Assembly: GCA_964019425.1 (NCBI GenBank)
Contig: OZ025798.1
Coordinates: 434,001 to 498,000 of the forward strand
DNA length: 64,000 bases
Origin: Flectonema sp. DT1601
Taxonomy: Eukaryota
Direction of reading: 5' to 3'
The position numbers were made by a program, and so were the translations under genes. Under the pieces are notes generated by a model, which saw nothing but the letters and a program-made list of their open reading frames with translations, was not told where the DNA came from and did no database searches. This document shows positions 1-9,791 of this stretch, one piece after another. How positions within the stretch are numbered: the stretch's first letter is position 1; the number at the start of each line of letters is the position of its first letter.

Positions 1-3000
1 AATCTCCAATACTGGTGACACTACTAAGACAGGAAACGTCAAGAGAAGTGATTTCTGAACAATTACGCAAGAAATAATCTCCAATACTGGTGACACTACT
101 AAGACTGGAAAGGTCAAGAGAAGTGATTTCTGAACAATTACGCAAGAAATAATCTCCAATACTGGTGACACTACTAAGACTGGAAAGGTCAAGAGAAGTG
201 ATTTCTGAACAATTACGCAAGAAATAATCTGCAATACTGGTGACACTACTAAGACAGGAAACGTCAAGAGAAGTGATTTCTGAACAATTACGCAAGAAAT
301 AATCTCCAATACTGGTGACACTACTAAGACAGGAAACGTCAAGAGAAGTGATTTCTGAACAATTACGCAAGAAATAATCTCCAATACTGGTGACACTACT
401 AAGACTGGAAAGGTCAAGAGAAGTGATTTCTGAACAATAACACAAGAAATAATCTGCAATACTGGTGACACTACTAAGACTGGAAAGGTCAAGAGAAGTG
501 ATTTCTGAACAATTACGCAAGAAATAATCTCCAATACTGGTGACACTACTAAGACAGGAAACGTCAAGAGAAGTGATTTCTGAACAATTACGCAAGAAAT
601 AATCTCCAATACTGGTGACACTACTAAGACTGGAAAGGTCAAGAGAAGTGATTTCTGAACAATTACGCAAGAAATAATCTCCAATACTGGTGACACTACT
701 AAGACTGGAAAGGTCAAGAGAAGTGATTTCTGAACAATAACACAAGAAATAATCTGCAATACTGGTGACACTACTAAGACTGGAAAGGTCAAGAGAAGTG
801 ATTTCTGAACAATTACGCAAGAAATAATCTCCAATACTGGTGACACTACTAAGACAGGAAACGTCAAGAGAAGTGATTTCTGAACAATTACGCAAGAAAT
901 AATCTGCAATACTGGTGACACTACTAAGACTGGAAAGGTCAAGAGAAGTGATTTCTGAACAATAACACAAGAAATAATCTGCAATACTGGTGACACTACT
1001 AAGACTGGAAAGGTCAAGAGAAGTGATTTCTGAACAATTACGCAAGAAATAATCTCCAATACTGGTGACACTACTAAGACAGGAAACGTCAAGAGAAGTG
1101 ATTTCTGAACAATTACGCAAGAAATAATCTCCAATACTGGTGACACTACTAAGACTGGAAAGGTCAAGAGAAGTGATTTCTGAACAATTACGCAAGAAAT
1201 AATCTCCAATACTGGTGACACTACTAAGACAGGAAACGTCAAGAGAAGTGATTTCTGAACAATTACGCAAGAAATAATCTCCAATACTGGTGACACTACT
1301 AAGACAGGAAACGTCAAGAGAAGTGATTTCTGAACAATTACGCAAGAAATAATCTCCAATACTGGTGACACTACTAAGACTGGAAAGGTCAAGAGAAGTG
1401 ATTTCTGAACAATTACGCAAGAAATAATCTCCAATACTGGTGACACTACTAAGACAGGAAACGTCAAGAGAAGTGATTTCTGAACAATTACGCAAGAAAT
1501 AATCTCCAATACTGGTGACACTACTAAGACTGGAAAGGTCAAGAGAAGTGATTTCTGAACAATTACGCAAGAAATAATCTCCAATACTGGTGACACTACT
1601 AAGACTGGAAACGTCAAGAGAAGTGATTTCTGAACAATTACGCAAGAAATAATCTCCAATACTGGTGACACTACTAAGACTGGAAAGGTCAAGAGAAGTG
1701 ATTTCTGAACAATTACGCAAGAAATAATCTGCAATACTGGTGACACTACTAAGACTGGAAAGGTCAAGAGAAGTGATTTTTGAACAATTTAACAAAAAAC
1801 AATCTCCAATACTGGTGACACTACTAAGACTGGAAAGGCCAAGAGAAGTGATTTCTGAACAATAACACAAGAAATAATCTGCAATACTGGTGACACTACT
1901 AAGACTGGAAAGGTCAAGAGAAGTGATTTCTGAACAATTACGCAAGAAATAATCTGCAATACTGGTGACACTACTAAGACTGGAAAGGTCAAGAGAAGTG
2001 ATTTCTGAACAATTACGCAAGAAATAATCTCCAATACTGGTGACACTACTAAGACAGGAAACGTCAAGAGAAGTGATTTCTGAACAATTACGCAAGAAAT
2101 AATCTCCAATACTGGTGACACTACTAAGACAGGAAACGTCAAGAGAAGTGATTTCTGAACAATTACGCAAGAAATAATCTCCAATACTGGTGACACTACT
2201 AAGACTGGAAAGGTCAAGAGAAGTGATTTCTGAACAATTACGCAAGAAATAATCTCCAATACTGGTGACACTACTAAGACTGGAAAGGTCAAGAGAAGTG
2301 ATTTCTGAACAATTACGCAAGAAATAATCTCCAATACTGGTGACACTACTAAGACAGGAAACGTCAAGAGAAGTGATTTCTGAACAATTACGCAAGAAAT
2401 AATCTCCAATACTGGTGACACTACTAAGACAGGAAAGGTCAAGAGAAGTGATTTCTGAACAATTACGCAAGAAATAATCTCCAATACTGGTGACACTACT
2501 AAGACTGGAAAGGTCAAGAGAAGTGATTTCTGAACAATTACGCAAGAAATAATCTCCAATACTGGTGACACTACTAAGACTGGAAAGGTCAAGAGAAGTG
2601 ATTTCTGAACAATTACGCAAGAAATAATCTCCAATACTGGTGACACTACTAAGACAGGAAACGTCAAGAGAAGTGATTTCTGAACAATTACGCAAGAAAT
2701 AATCTCCAATACTGGTGACACTACTAAGACAGGAAAGGTCAAGAGAAGTGATTTTTGAACAATTTAACAAAAAACAATCTCCAATACTGGTGACACTACT
2801 AAGACTGGAAAGGTCAAGAGAAGTGATTTCTGAACAATTACGCAAGAAATAATCTCCAATACTGGTGACACTACTAAGACAGGAAAGGTCAAGAGAAGTG
2901 ATTTTTGAACAATTTAACAAAAAACAATCTCCAATACTGGTGACACTACTAAGACAGGAAAGGTCAAGAGAAGTGATTTTTGAACAATTTAACAAAAAAC

Positions 3001-3470
3001 AATCTCCAATACTGGTGACACTACTAAGACTGGAAAGGTCAAGAGAAGTGATTTCTGAACAATAACACAAGAAATAATCTGCAATACTGGTGACACTACT
3101 AAGACTGGAAAGGTCAAGAGAAGTGATTTCTGAACAATTACGCAAGAAATAATCTCCAATACTGGTGACACTACTAAGACAGGAAAGGTCAAGAGAAGTG
3201 ATTTTTGAACAATTTAACAAAAAACAATCTCCAATACTGGTGACACTACTAAGACTGGAAAGGCCAAGAGAAGTGATTTCTGAACAATTACGCAAGAAAT
3301 TATTTCCAATACTGGTGACACTACTAAGACTGGAAAGGTCAAGAGAAGTGGTTTTTGAACAATTAGACAAGAAATGATTTCCAATACTGGTGACACTACT
3401 AAGACCGGAAAGGTCAAGAGAAGTGATTTCTGAACAATTACACAAGAAGTCATCTCCAATAGCAGTAACC
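1..3470. repeat. 75-bp coding tandem repeat array (about 46 units, continues past left edge)
   Basis: Unit aatctccaatactggtgacactactaagac(a/t)ggaaa(c/g)gtcaagagaagtgatttctgaacaattacgcaagaaat is repeated head-to-tail with a few recurrent variants and no frame-shifting indels. Confidence 0.98.
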
Positions 3471-3907
3471 TGTGAGATGACCGTGCTATTGTAATTTGAA
3501 TGGCAGAAGGAAATCCGTTTGGCATCAGAAGGAAGCAACCCCTCGTCAACAGTGAGGCAACCATCCACCGAGAATGTGGGAGTGTCCAGACATAAATCCT
3601 CCGTAATGTGGTCTCTGATCCAAAGAAGCAACTTCTCCCTTTTGCTATCATCAACAAACCACCATTTACCAAAGATCCGAACCAGCTTCTCACTTATTTC
3701 CAACTCGCTGTTTGCACCCACTCCATGATCCACTAACCGCTCACTTTCGCAAAGGACATCACCAGCGTACGACAGTTCAACTTCCTCCGCATCGACATCC
3801 CACTCTCCAGCCGCTGCCGTCAACACGTCGCTCACAACAGAATCAGCACCAACTGTGACTGACACCGCAGGGAATCCTAAATCCGGACACGTCACGAAAA
3901 CTTGCAT
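1..3907 (-). CDS. Ubiquitin-like domain + BspA/LRR_5-type leucine-rich repeat protein (3'-partial, >1,300 aa)
   Basis: Manual translation from ATG at 3907 gives MQVFVTCPDLGFPAVSVTVGADSVVSDVLTAAAGEWDVDAEEVELSYAGDVLCESERLVDHGVGANSELEI. This follows the ubiquitin pattern (MQIFV...LIFAGKQL...LSDYNI...STLHL) but has no terminal GG. A linker follows, then about 46 copies of the 25-aa repeat VTSIGDYFLRNCSEITSLD(L/V)S(S/C)LSS, with no stop before the window edge. Confidence 0.92.
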   Translation of the reverse strand, partial: MQVFVTCPDLGFPAVSVTVGADSVVSDVLTAAAGEWDVDAEEVELSYAGDVLCESERLVDHGVGANSELEISEKLVRIFGKWWFVDDSKREKLLLWIRDHITEDLCLDTPTFSVDGCLTVDEGLLPSDAKRISFCHSNYNSTVISQVTAIGDDFLCNCSEITSLDLSGLSSVTSIGNHFLSNCSKTTSLDLSSLSSVTSIGNNFLRNCSEITSLGLSSLSSVTSIGDCFLLNCSKITSLDLSCLSSVTSIGDYFLRNCSEITSLDLSSLSSVTSIADYFLCYCSEITSLDLSSLSSVTSIGDCFLLNCSKITSLDLSCLSSVTSIGDCFLLNCSKITSLDLSCLSSVTSIGDYFLRNCSEITSLDLSSLSSVTSIGDCFLLNCSKITSLDLSCLSSVTSIGDYFLRNCSEITSLDVSCLSSVTSIGDYFLRNCSEITSLDLSSLSSVTSIGDYFLRNCSEITSLDLSSLSSVTSIGDYFLRNCSEITSLDLSCLSSVTSIGDYFLRNCSEITSLDVSCLSSVTSIGDYFLRNCSEITSLDLSSLSSVTSIGDYFLRNCSEITSLDLSSLSSVTSIGDYFLRNCSEITSLDVSCLSSVTSIGDYFLRNCSEITSLDVSCLSSVTSIGDYFLRNCSEITSLDLSSLSSVTSIADYFLRNCSEITSLDLSSLSSVTSIADYFLCYCSEITSLGLSSLSSVTSIGDCFLLNCSKITSLDLSSLSSVTSIADYFLRNCSEITSLDLSSLSSVTSIGDYFLRNCSEITSLDVSSLSSVTSIGDYFLRNCSEITSLDLSSLSSVTSIGDYFLRNCSEITSLDVSCLSSVTSIGDYFLRNCSEITSLDLSSLSSVTSIGDYFLRNCSEITSLDVSCLSSVTSIGDYFLRNCSEITSLDVSCLSSVTSIGDYFLRNCSEITSLDLSSLSSVTSIGDYFLRNCSEITSLDVSCLSSVTSIGDYFLRNCSEITSLDLSSLSSVTSIADYFLCYCSEITSLDLSSLSSVTSIADYFLRNCSEITSLDVSCLSSVTSIGDYFLRNCSEITSLDLSSLSSVTSIADYFLCYCSEITSLDLSSLSSVTSIGDYFLRNCSEITSLDLSSLSSVTSIGDYFLRNCSEITSLDVSCLSSVTSIGDYFLRNCSEITSLDLSSLSSVTSIADYFLCYCSEITSLDLSSLSSVTSIGDYFLRNCSEITSLDVSCLSSVTSIGDYFLRNCSEITSLDVSCLSSVTSIADYFLRNCSEITSLDLSSLSSVTSIGDYFLRNCSEITSLDLSSLSSVTSIGDYFLRNCSEITSLDVSCLSSVTSIGD

Positions 3908-6444
3908 TGTTGTTATTTTTGCTTTTTTTTTTTTTTTTAGTAATTTACTGAAAGAAAAAAAGATTTACTAATCTTGCTGAAGTGTTCCAAACGGCGGCAA
4001 CAATCGTAAAGTAACAAGGAAAAACTGAAAAGCAGCTTCCATTCCTGAACAGTGCAACATATTCTGTAGTTGTAATTTCCTATAAAATACTATTACTGTT
4101 TTACTGCTCTACTCTGTTTGTAAACACTTCCTTTGAACAGCCACAAATATTAACTTCTCAAGGATAAGAACAAACAAAAGCAACAAAAACAACCAAGGCC
4201 TTGTTATGAGGAACTGTTACGGAAACATATTGCACGTGGCCACTAATTATGGTTTTTTGTGACCCGCCTTTTAACTTTAAACAATAAAAATAACATCAAT
4301 CAATCCCCAAAATAATAATAGTATATTGATTAATGAAAAAGTATTAAAAATTAGTAGTACACTACATAGCGGAGCACTCACCTTATAAATAAATTAAGGT
4401 CGTTATCCAGAATTGAATTTTCAGTTAGAAAACATGAGGGGGGTTGTAATACGTCAGGTTGTGTTCTGATGAAGAATACGCACCTGAATTGATTAGCATT
4501 GTCATCTCAGAGAACATCCAAAGTCGTTTAGCAGAGATGAGATCAATTGGGGTTGGTAGGGACAATCACTGAGGAAGGTACATGCTATTCTGTTGTTGGC
4601 GAAGCGGAGGCTGACAGGATAAAGATTATTTTGTGAGAATAGAGTACCACTTCCGTATAAGATTCCAAGATGTGCGACAGCACAGTTGGCAGGGAATACA
4701 GACCACGGAGTGGCATTGGCATTGTGTCCTTCTATAAGTGAATCTAACGAGGGAACTTACGAAAGCACAAGTGGTCATTTGCTTCTTTGCATTAGAACAA
4801 GCTTGTTCCAGATCGTTCCAGGTTTTCGGATGTGGACACTTTGAATCTGTTGATAAAAAGATCCTGCGAATATATTTTCTGTTTATTGTTCTTAATTCAC
4901 CATTCTTAAGAAAAACACCAGCACATCGTCACCCAACACCATTCCTGTGAGAAAGGTTATCCTGACTAACCCAAACCGAAACTCGCAGTTAGTTTATAGT
5001 TTCTGTAGTCACATCAAATACGTTATTACCAATCACCTGATTAGTTTGAATATAGATTAAGAGTGTCAGGGGTTGTACTAAACTATCTAATCCAAAATAA
5101 TTAATTCGAATTCAGGACACCTGGTTCCGTCGTTGCAACACAGCGAAAGATGTTTTTTTTTTTCTTTTTTTTCTTTTTTTTTTTTTTGACTGAAAAGCAT
5201 ACTTTACTAAGCGAGTAACATGTGGATGAAATATTTCCGAAAACAACTCAAATAAAAGGTTTTTGACGTCAACCATTTGTGTTTCCGGAGATAGCATGAA
5301 CTGTTTTTGTTCATACTCTGGCTTTTTTATGTTTTGTCTCATCGGAAGCTTTCCTTTGGATTGGAATCAAAATTCCATTTCGGTAATTTGTCGCCAACAC
5401 TGCACCGAGAGAGATAAATATAACCATCGCTGTCGGCGATAATTTTTCATATAACATATTCTTATTCCAGAGTGAATTTTTCACGATATCAATTTTCCCC
5501 TTCATCAGACTCTGATCCCATTTTTCTTACTCCAACTATTACTGTAAAACATCTCACCCACCCTTCCCCCGTCGGTGTCCCGTCAAACCGAATCGGGCCT
5601 GGCACAAGTCTACGCAGAAGTAATCTGCACCCTTTCACATTGCAGATACTTCACAATTCCAGTGTTTGTCTTTACCTTCATTCTTAACTTATACTTCTTT
5701 CTCAGGTGCATTTTGTGATGGAAAGAGAATTACCAATTGTACCGTACTAGTATTATGTTAAAAATTACTTACCCAGCCCTGATACTTCCCAATGGGGAAG
5801 AGTCCAACAGGCATGCTGTAATGAAAGGGAAAAGGGATTTAAAAGATAGCAGAAAGAGGCCATACAAGTTAGGGAGAGGATGATGCCACAAAAACCACGA
5901 GGAGGTGTGCGCAGTCGGCCTTGACCACTATAAAATAACTTTCGTTTGATGTATTTTACGAATAAGTTACAAATACTTTCCGTCCCGATATCGGCGGAGA
6001 AAAGGGAAAAACAATAATTCAGTAACAGCGTTCTCCCATGTCGGGACACCCTTTTAGTCTTTAATCTAATTTGACGAGGTTTGATAAGTATGTCAACCTT
6101 GAGTATTGAATCTCATATTTAATATAATTTGCGTAGATGTTTGGTTTCCTCCTGGTCTTCAGATAATATCTGAAAGACAGTTCTCGTGGCTATCGAAGAA
6201 CTGATCGCTGTAGACATTGTTTCATTGTCTCAACAGAAGAGCTAACAAATAGTTACTATTGTCATTCTTTTACTCATTTACCAACAACTGACATCACAGC
6301 AGTTTGTCACCTGAAAAGAAGAATATGTTTAGTTTTTTAAAAAAAAAAAATATAAAAAAAAACGACTTTTACCTATCAATTAAACAGTGTAATTATTTTA
6401 TCCCCCCCCCCCCTATCTTTTCGTATCGTATCAAAGTCCCCCCC

Positions 6445-8422
6445 TAGGGGGGGGTACAAGCTGTCGATAAAGTACTTTTTCCGAATTTTGGTAAATATAA
6501 CCTTCCCGGGGGCAAAAATTACCCAGGACCCCACCAGAACCCCCAAAAATGTGATTTCGGGGCCGAAAAAACCTCGATTTGGCTGATTTCGGCAAAGGAA
6601 TGAAAAATCTCAAAAAGTGTGGACCGTGTGGTACCTGGGGGTCCAATTTTGAGGCCTGTGAAATGCACCTTCAAATAATTTTTTTTTACAATGAGAAGAG
6701 GTGAGTCTTGGTGTGCCCCCGTATGCGCAGTTTGCTAATATACCATTTCCGTATCAGTTTCCACCTCAAGAACACGCCACGAAAGAGAGCAGCGCTCTCG
6801 CCCGGCCATGCTTGAGGTCACGAGGCTCACGGGCAGGATAACGCAGCTGAAAACGATGTTCTGCAGGGCAGCTCACAAAGTCATTCTGCGGAGGAGAGCA
6901 TTGATCCCAGAGTGCATGAAAACACCTCCCGAGGCATCTCTGAAGTCACTCAACAGCACTTGGACAGTCGGAAGTAAGATACGCGTGAGAAAGGGGTCCA
7001 GAAACGTCCAGTATCTGAATCGCGATCACAGAAGGCTCAGAGAATAGAGAAAGCGCCACGTCTGTACCCCAAACAGGGATAAGCCTGAAGACAGCTGTAG
7101 TGGTGGTGCCTCAAATAGTAGTGCCATAGATAAGCAGCAGCGACATAGGGCAACATGCCCCATCCAAAAAGCCGTTCAAGGCATCACTTCAGAAGACCCA
7201 ACCATACTCCAGCAGGGCATACAAGACACTCTAGTGCATGCAGCATTCGAAGAAGTACGGAAGAGACATCCGCTTGCAACTGTACCCAAGTGAGGGGGAT
7301 TTACTCCTAGAGTCTTGGAGTCGTAACTACACTGCAGATATTGCGGCAACAAGGGATCGGCGCAGAGAGATCCAACAAAGCCCTGAGTGAGTGACACAGT
7401 TGACGTCGCCGGTGCACAGACAGAAGGGAAGCGGGTCGAAGTCCCCGACTATATCTCGAAGGACAGTCCGACATGTTGATGGATTCACAGGTGATCTGTC
7501 AGTGACCTGACTTCTTGAAGCAGCAGCTTCCTCCTCACCCTCCGTCACATCGCTGCAACATGATACTTCCTCTAGTGCCCGTCATGCTCGGGCTGAAGCC
7601 AACAACCGTGGCGTTCGTTGTCATCCCGCACCCCTCAAGGAATGGGGAGGTTATTCAGTGTGTTGTTGTTGATAGTTCTTAGTCAACTAACGGAACCATT
7701 GGAGTGAGGGCTGCCCTACTGATAACGTACAACATATTCCAGAGGCACACGGACTTCCAAAGGCTACCACATCAACGCAGGACCACCAACCCTCTTCAGA
7801 TTGGCAAGATCAAGCACAACAGGAAGCGCTACAGGGGCTGAAAGTACCACTCCGTCCTCACAGGGAAGACCTCTAGACAGCAAGACCTAATGCTAATCTG
7901 CCATCCGCATCCAAGGATTGGTCCTCTGTCTATCTTGTACAGAAAGAAGCACAGCTTCGGGCCGAATTTCGAAAGCTGAGCACATGGGATGTTCAAGAGA
8001 AGGCCAGTAGCCTAAGCATCGAAGATGGAGGAATTAACGACCCGGGTCTGGTGGAGCATATTATTAAGGTTCAAGATGGGTCGATAAAATCATAAATTGG
8101 GTTCCCATTTCATCCCCCACACAACTCAGAGGGAAACCCTGGTTATGGATTGCTCAATGCACGGAATTACTTATAATTTTTGTGAGCCCTCCTAACACAC
8201 CCCTTGTTTTCACCCCCCTCAGGTACCACACGGTCCACACTTTTTGAGATTTTTCAAAGACTTGTTCTAAAGTGCCGAAGAACTGTTTCTTTGGATCGCA
8301 ATCCCCATTTTTGGGGTATATGTTGCAGTTTTCATAATTTGGGGGCCCAAAAAACTTGTTCTCCGGAAAAAAACCGAAAGTGCCCAAAATCTCCGTAAAA
8401 TCGATGCTTGTACCCCCCCCTA
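6445..8422. mobile_element. Non-autonomous/decayed DNA transposon with bipartite inverted repeats (superfamily unassigned)
   Basis: TAGGGGGGGGTACAAGC (6445-6461) is the exact reverse complement of GCTTGTACCCCCCCCTA (8406-8422). A second perfect 37-bp inverted repeat lies at 6601-6637 and 8220-8256. The interior is GC-richer than the flanks, and both flanks are C-runs. Confidence 0.85.
6691..8095 (+). pseudogene. Fragmented cargo ORF inside the TIR element
   Basis: ATG at 6691 begins MRRGESWCAPVCAVC* (CxxC). The interior has coding-like composition with many stops. The last fragment, DWSSVYLVQKEAQLRAEFRKLSTWDVQEKASSLSIEDGGINDPGLVEHIIKVQDGSIKS*, resembles a SAP/HeH-like helical motif. No DDE motif recognised. 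Confidence 0.45.
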
Positions 8423-8441
8423 CCCCCCCCCCCCCCTTTTT

Positions 8442-9537
8442 TTAGTCTATGAAGTTGCTTACACTGTTCGGAATTTTTTTTTTAAATTCGGAATCTTGCT
8501 TGATGACGTGTCTCACAACCGCAGCAATCTTTTCCATAAGATAATCATCCCCCGGATACAATAGGCAAAGTTTATTTATTTCAGTTACGAACTCACTCGA
8601 GGATTTAAGCATCGATTTGATGAATACCAAACAAGCTGATGGGTCTGGAGCAGCAGTACAATTCAAAATTGGCTTAGCTGAAGCCGACTGAGATGAAGCA
8701 GGAGCGTTGTTATTTGAGTATGGCATATCATTATGAATAGAATAATTAAGAACGGATGAAATAGTAACATCTGAAAAGATAGGTTTAGATGATGATGCGC
8801 ATATGAATCCTGAGGGAAGCCAATTCTTAATAATTTCATTACGACTTGTTTGAATATAACAAGTACCCTCAGGGATAATTCCGTGAGTTGCCGCACATGT
8901 TAGCTTCACAACTCCATTAAAACTAAACAAGTCTTCCAAGATCGCTAATATCTTTATCACCGTGTCTACATCATCAGTAAAACGCTTCATAGTTGATACC
9001 AACAGCTTTACAGCGTCTATTTCTTGAAGTCGCTTTCTATTAGTTTCGTTATTCCATAATCTACCTTTAAGAAGGTACACAAGATGCTTTGCGGTTACAT
9101 CATTGGTGCTGGAATCACATGCTCGTTGCATGAGGTTAGGAACATCATTGAGGAGGTCTTCCGATGTGTCTTCGCAAGTCGAAGACTGTCCTCCGATTAC
9201 TTGAATTACATCACTTGGATCGCTCTCTAAACCAGAAACTGAAGTAGCCATTAGAGTGAATGCTTCTCCTCCAGTGTAACTGTATTTTAGTACTTTTTTT
9301 GAGGAGTCTAGAAGAGAGAAAAAAACAACTATCATACCTGACGTCAAACAAAGCTTCTCCACAACTACTCGTCGCTTGCAACTCACCAGATAGGTCGCCA
9401 TCACCGTCACAAATTTCAATTTTTATATTTTCATCTATTTCATCATCAACGTCGCCGTCTTTTTTATAAATTAGTACGGCGACTGTGAATTGATCACCGC
9501 TAGTTATGCTTGAGGGGGGTTCTACAGACAGAGACAT
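8442..9537 (-). CDS. Protein with N-terminal Ig-like beta-sandwich and ARM-like helical region (2 exons, 345 aa)
   Basis: Track ORFs 9211..9537 and 8442..9419 join through a GTATG...ATACAG intron at 9337-9280, giving ...GEALFDV-S-YTGGEAF.... The segment NNETNRKRLQEIDAVKLLVSTMKRFTDDVDTVIKILAILEDL is ARM-like. Confidence 0.75.
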
Positions 9538-9791
9538 TGACCTGATGAGAGAGTAGTGAAATAATATGAAAATACCAATATAACATTAAACGACTACATG
9601 AGTAAACGATTGCAGTGATGCGTATTCTCTGTTTAAAAAATACACCCACAGTCACAATAACGAACCTGAAAAGGTTTGTTTTGATCGTTGGTAAAAAAAA
9701 ATGCTTCTGTACAAACTCATTAAAAAGAACTAATTTTTGGAAACCACAGTGAAAACGGTGATATATTATATTCTACTAATAAATTTTTGTA

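Noticed and set aside
1..3470. CRISPR array or non-coding satellite
   Set aside because: Units are contiguous with no unique spacers, the unit length is a multiple of three, and the array is in frame with an upstream coding region.
1789..3693. Track ORFs in the 75-bp array (TFPVLVVSPVLEIISC... and plus-strand TLLRQERSREV...)
   Set aside because: These are shadow frames of the repeat. They are broken by stops, while the LRR frame from ATG 3907 is uninterrupted and encodes recognisable domains.
4990..5012. Resemblance to a euglenozoan spliced-leader core (agtttctgta)
   Set aside because: Only about 10 nt match, and the flanking SL exon sequence and donor site are absent.
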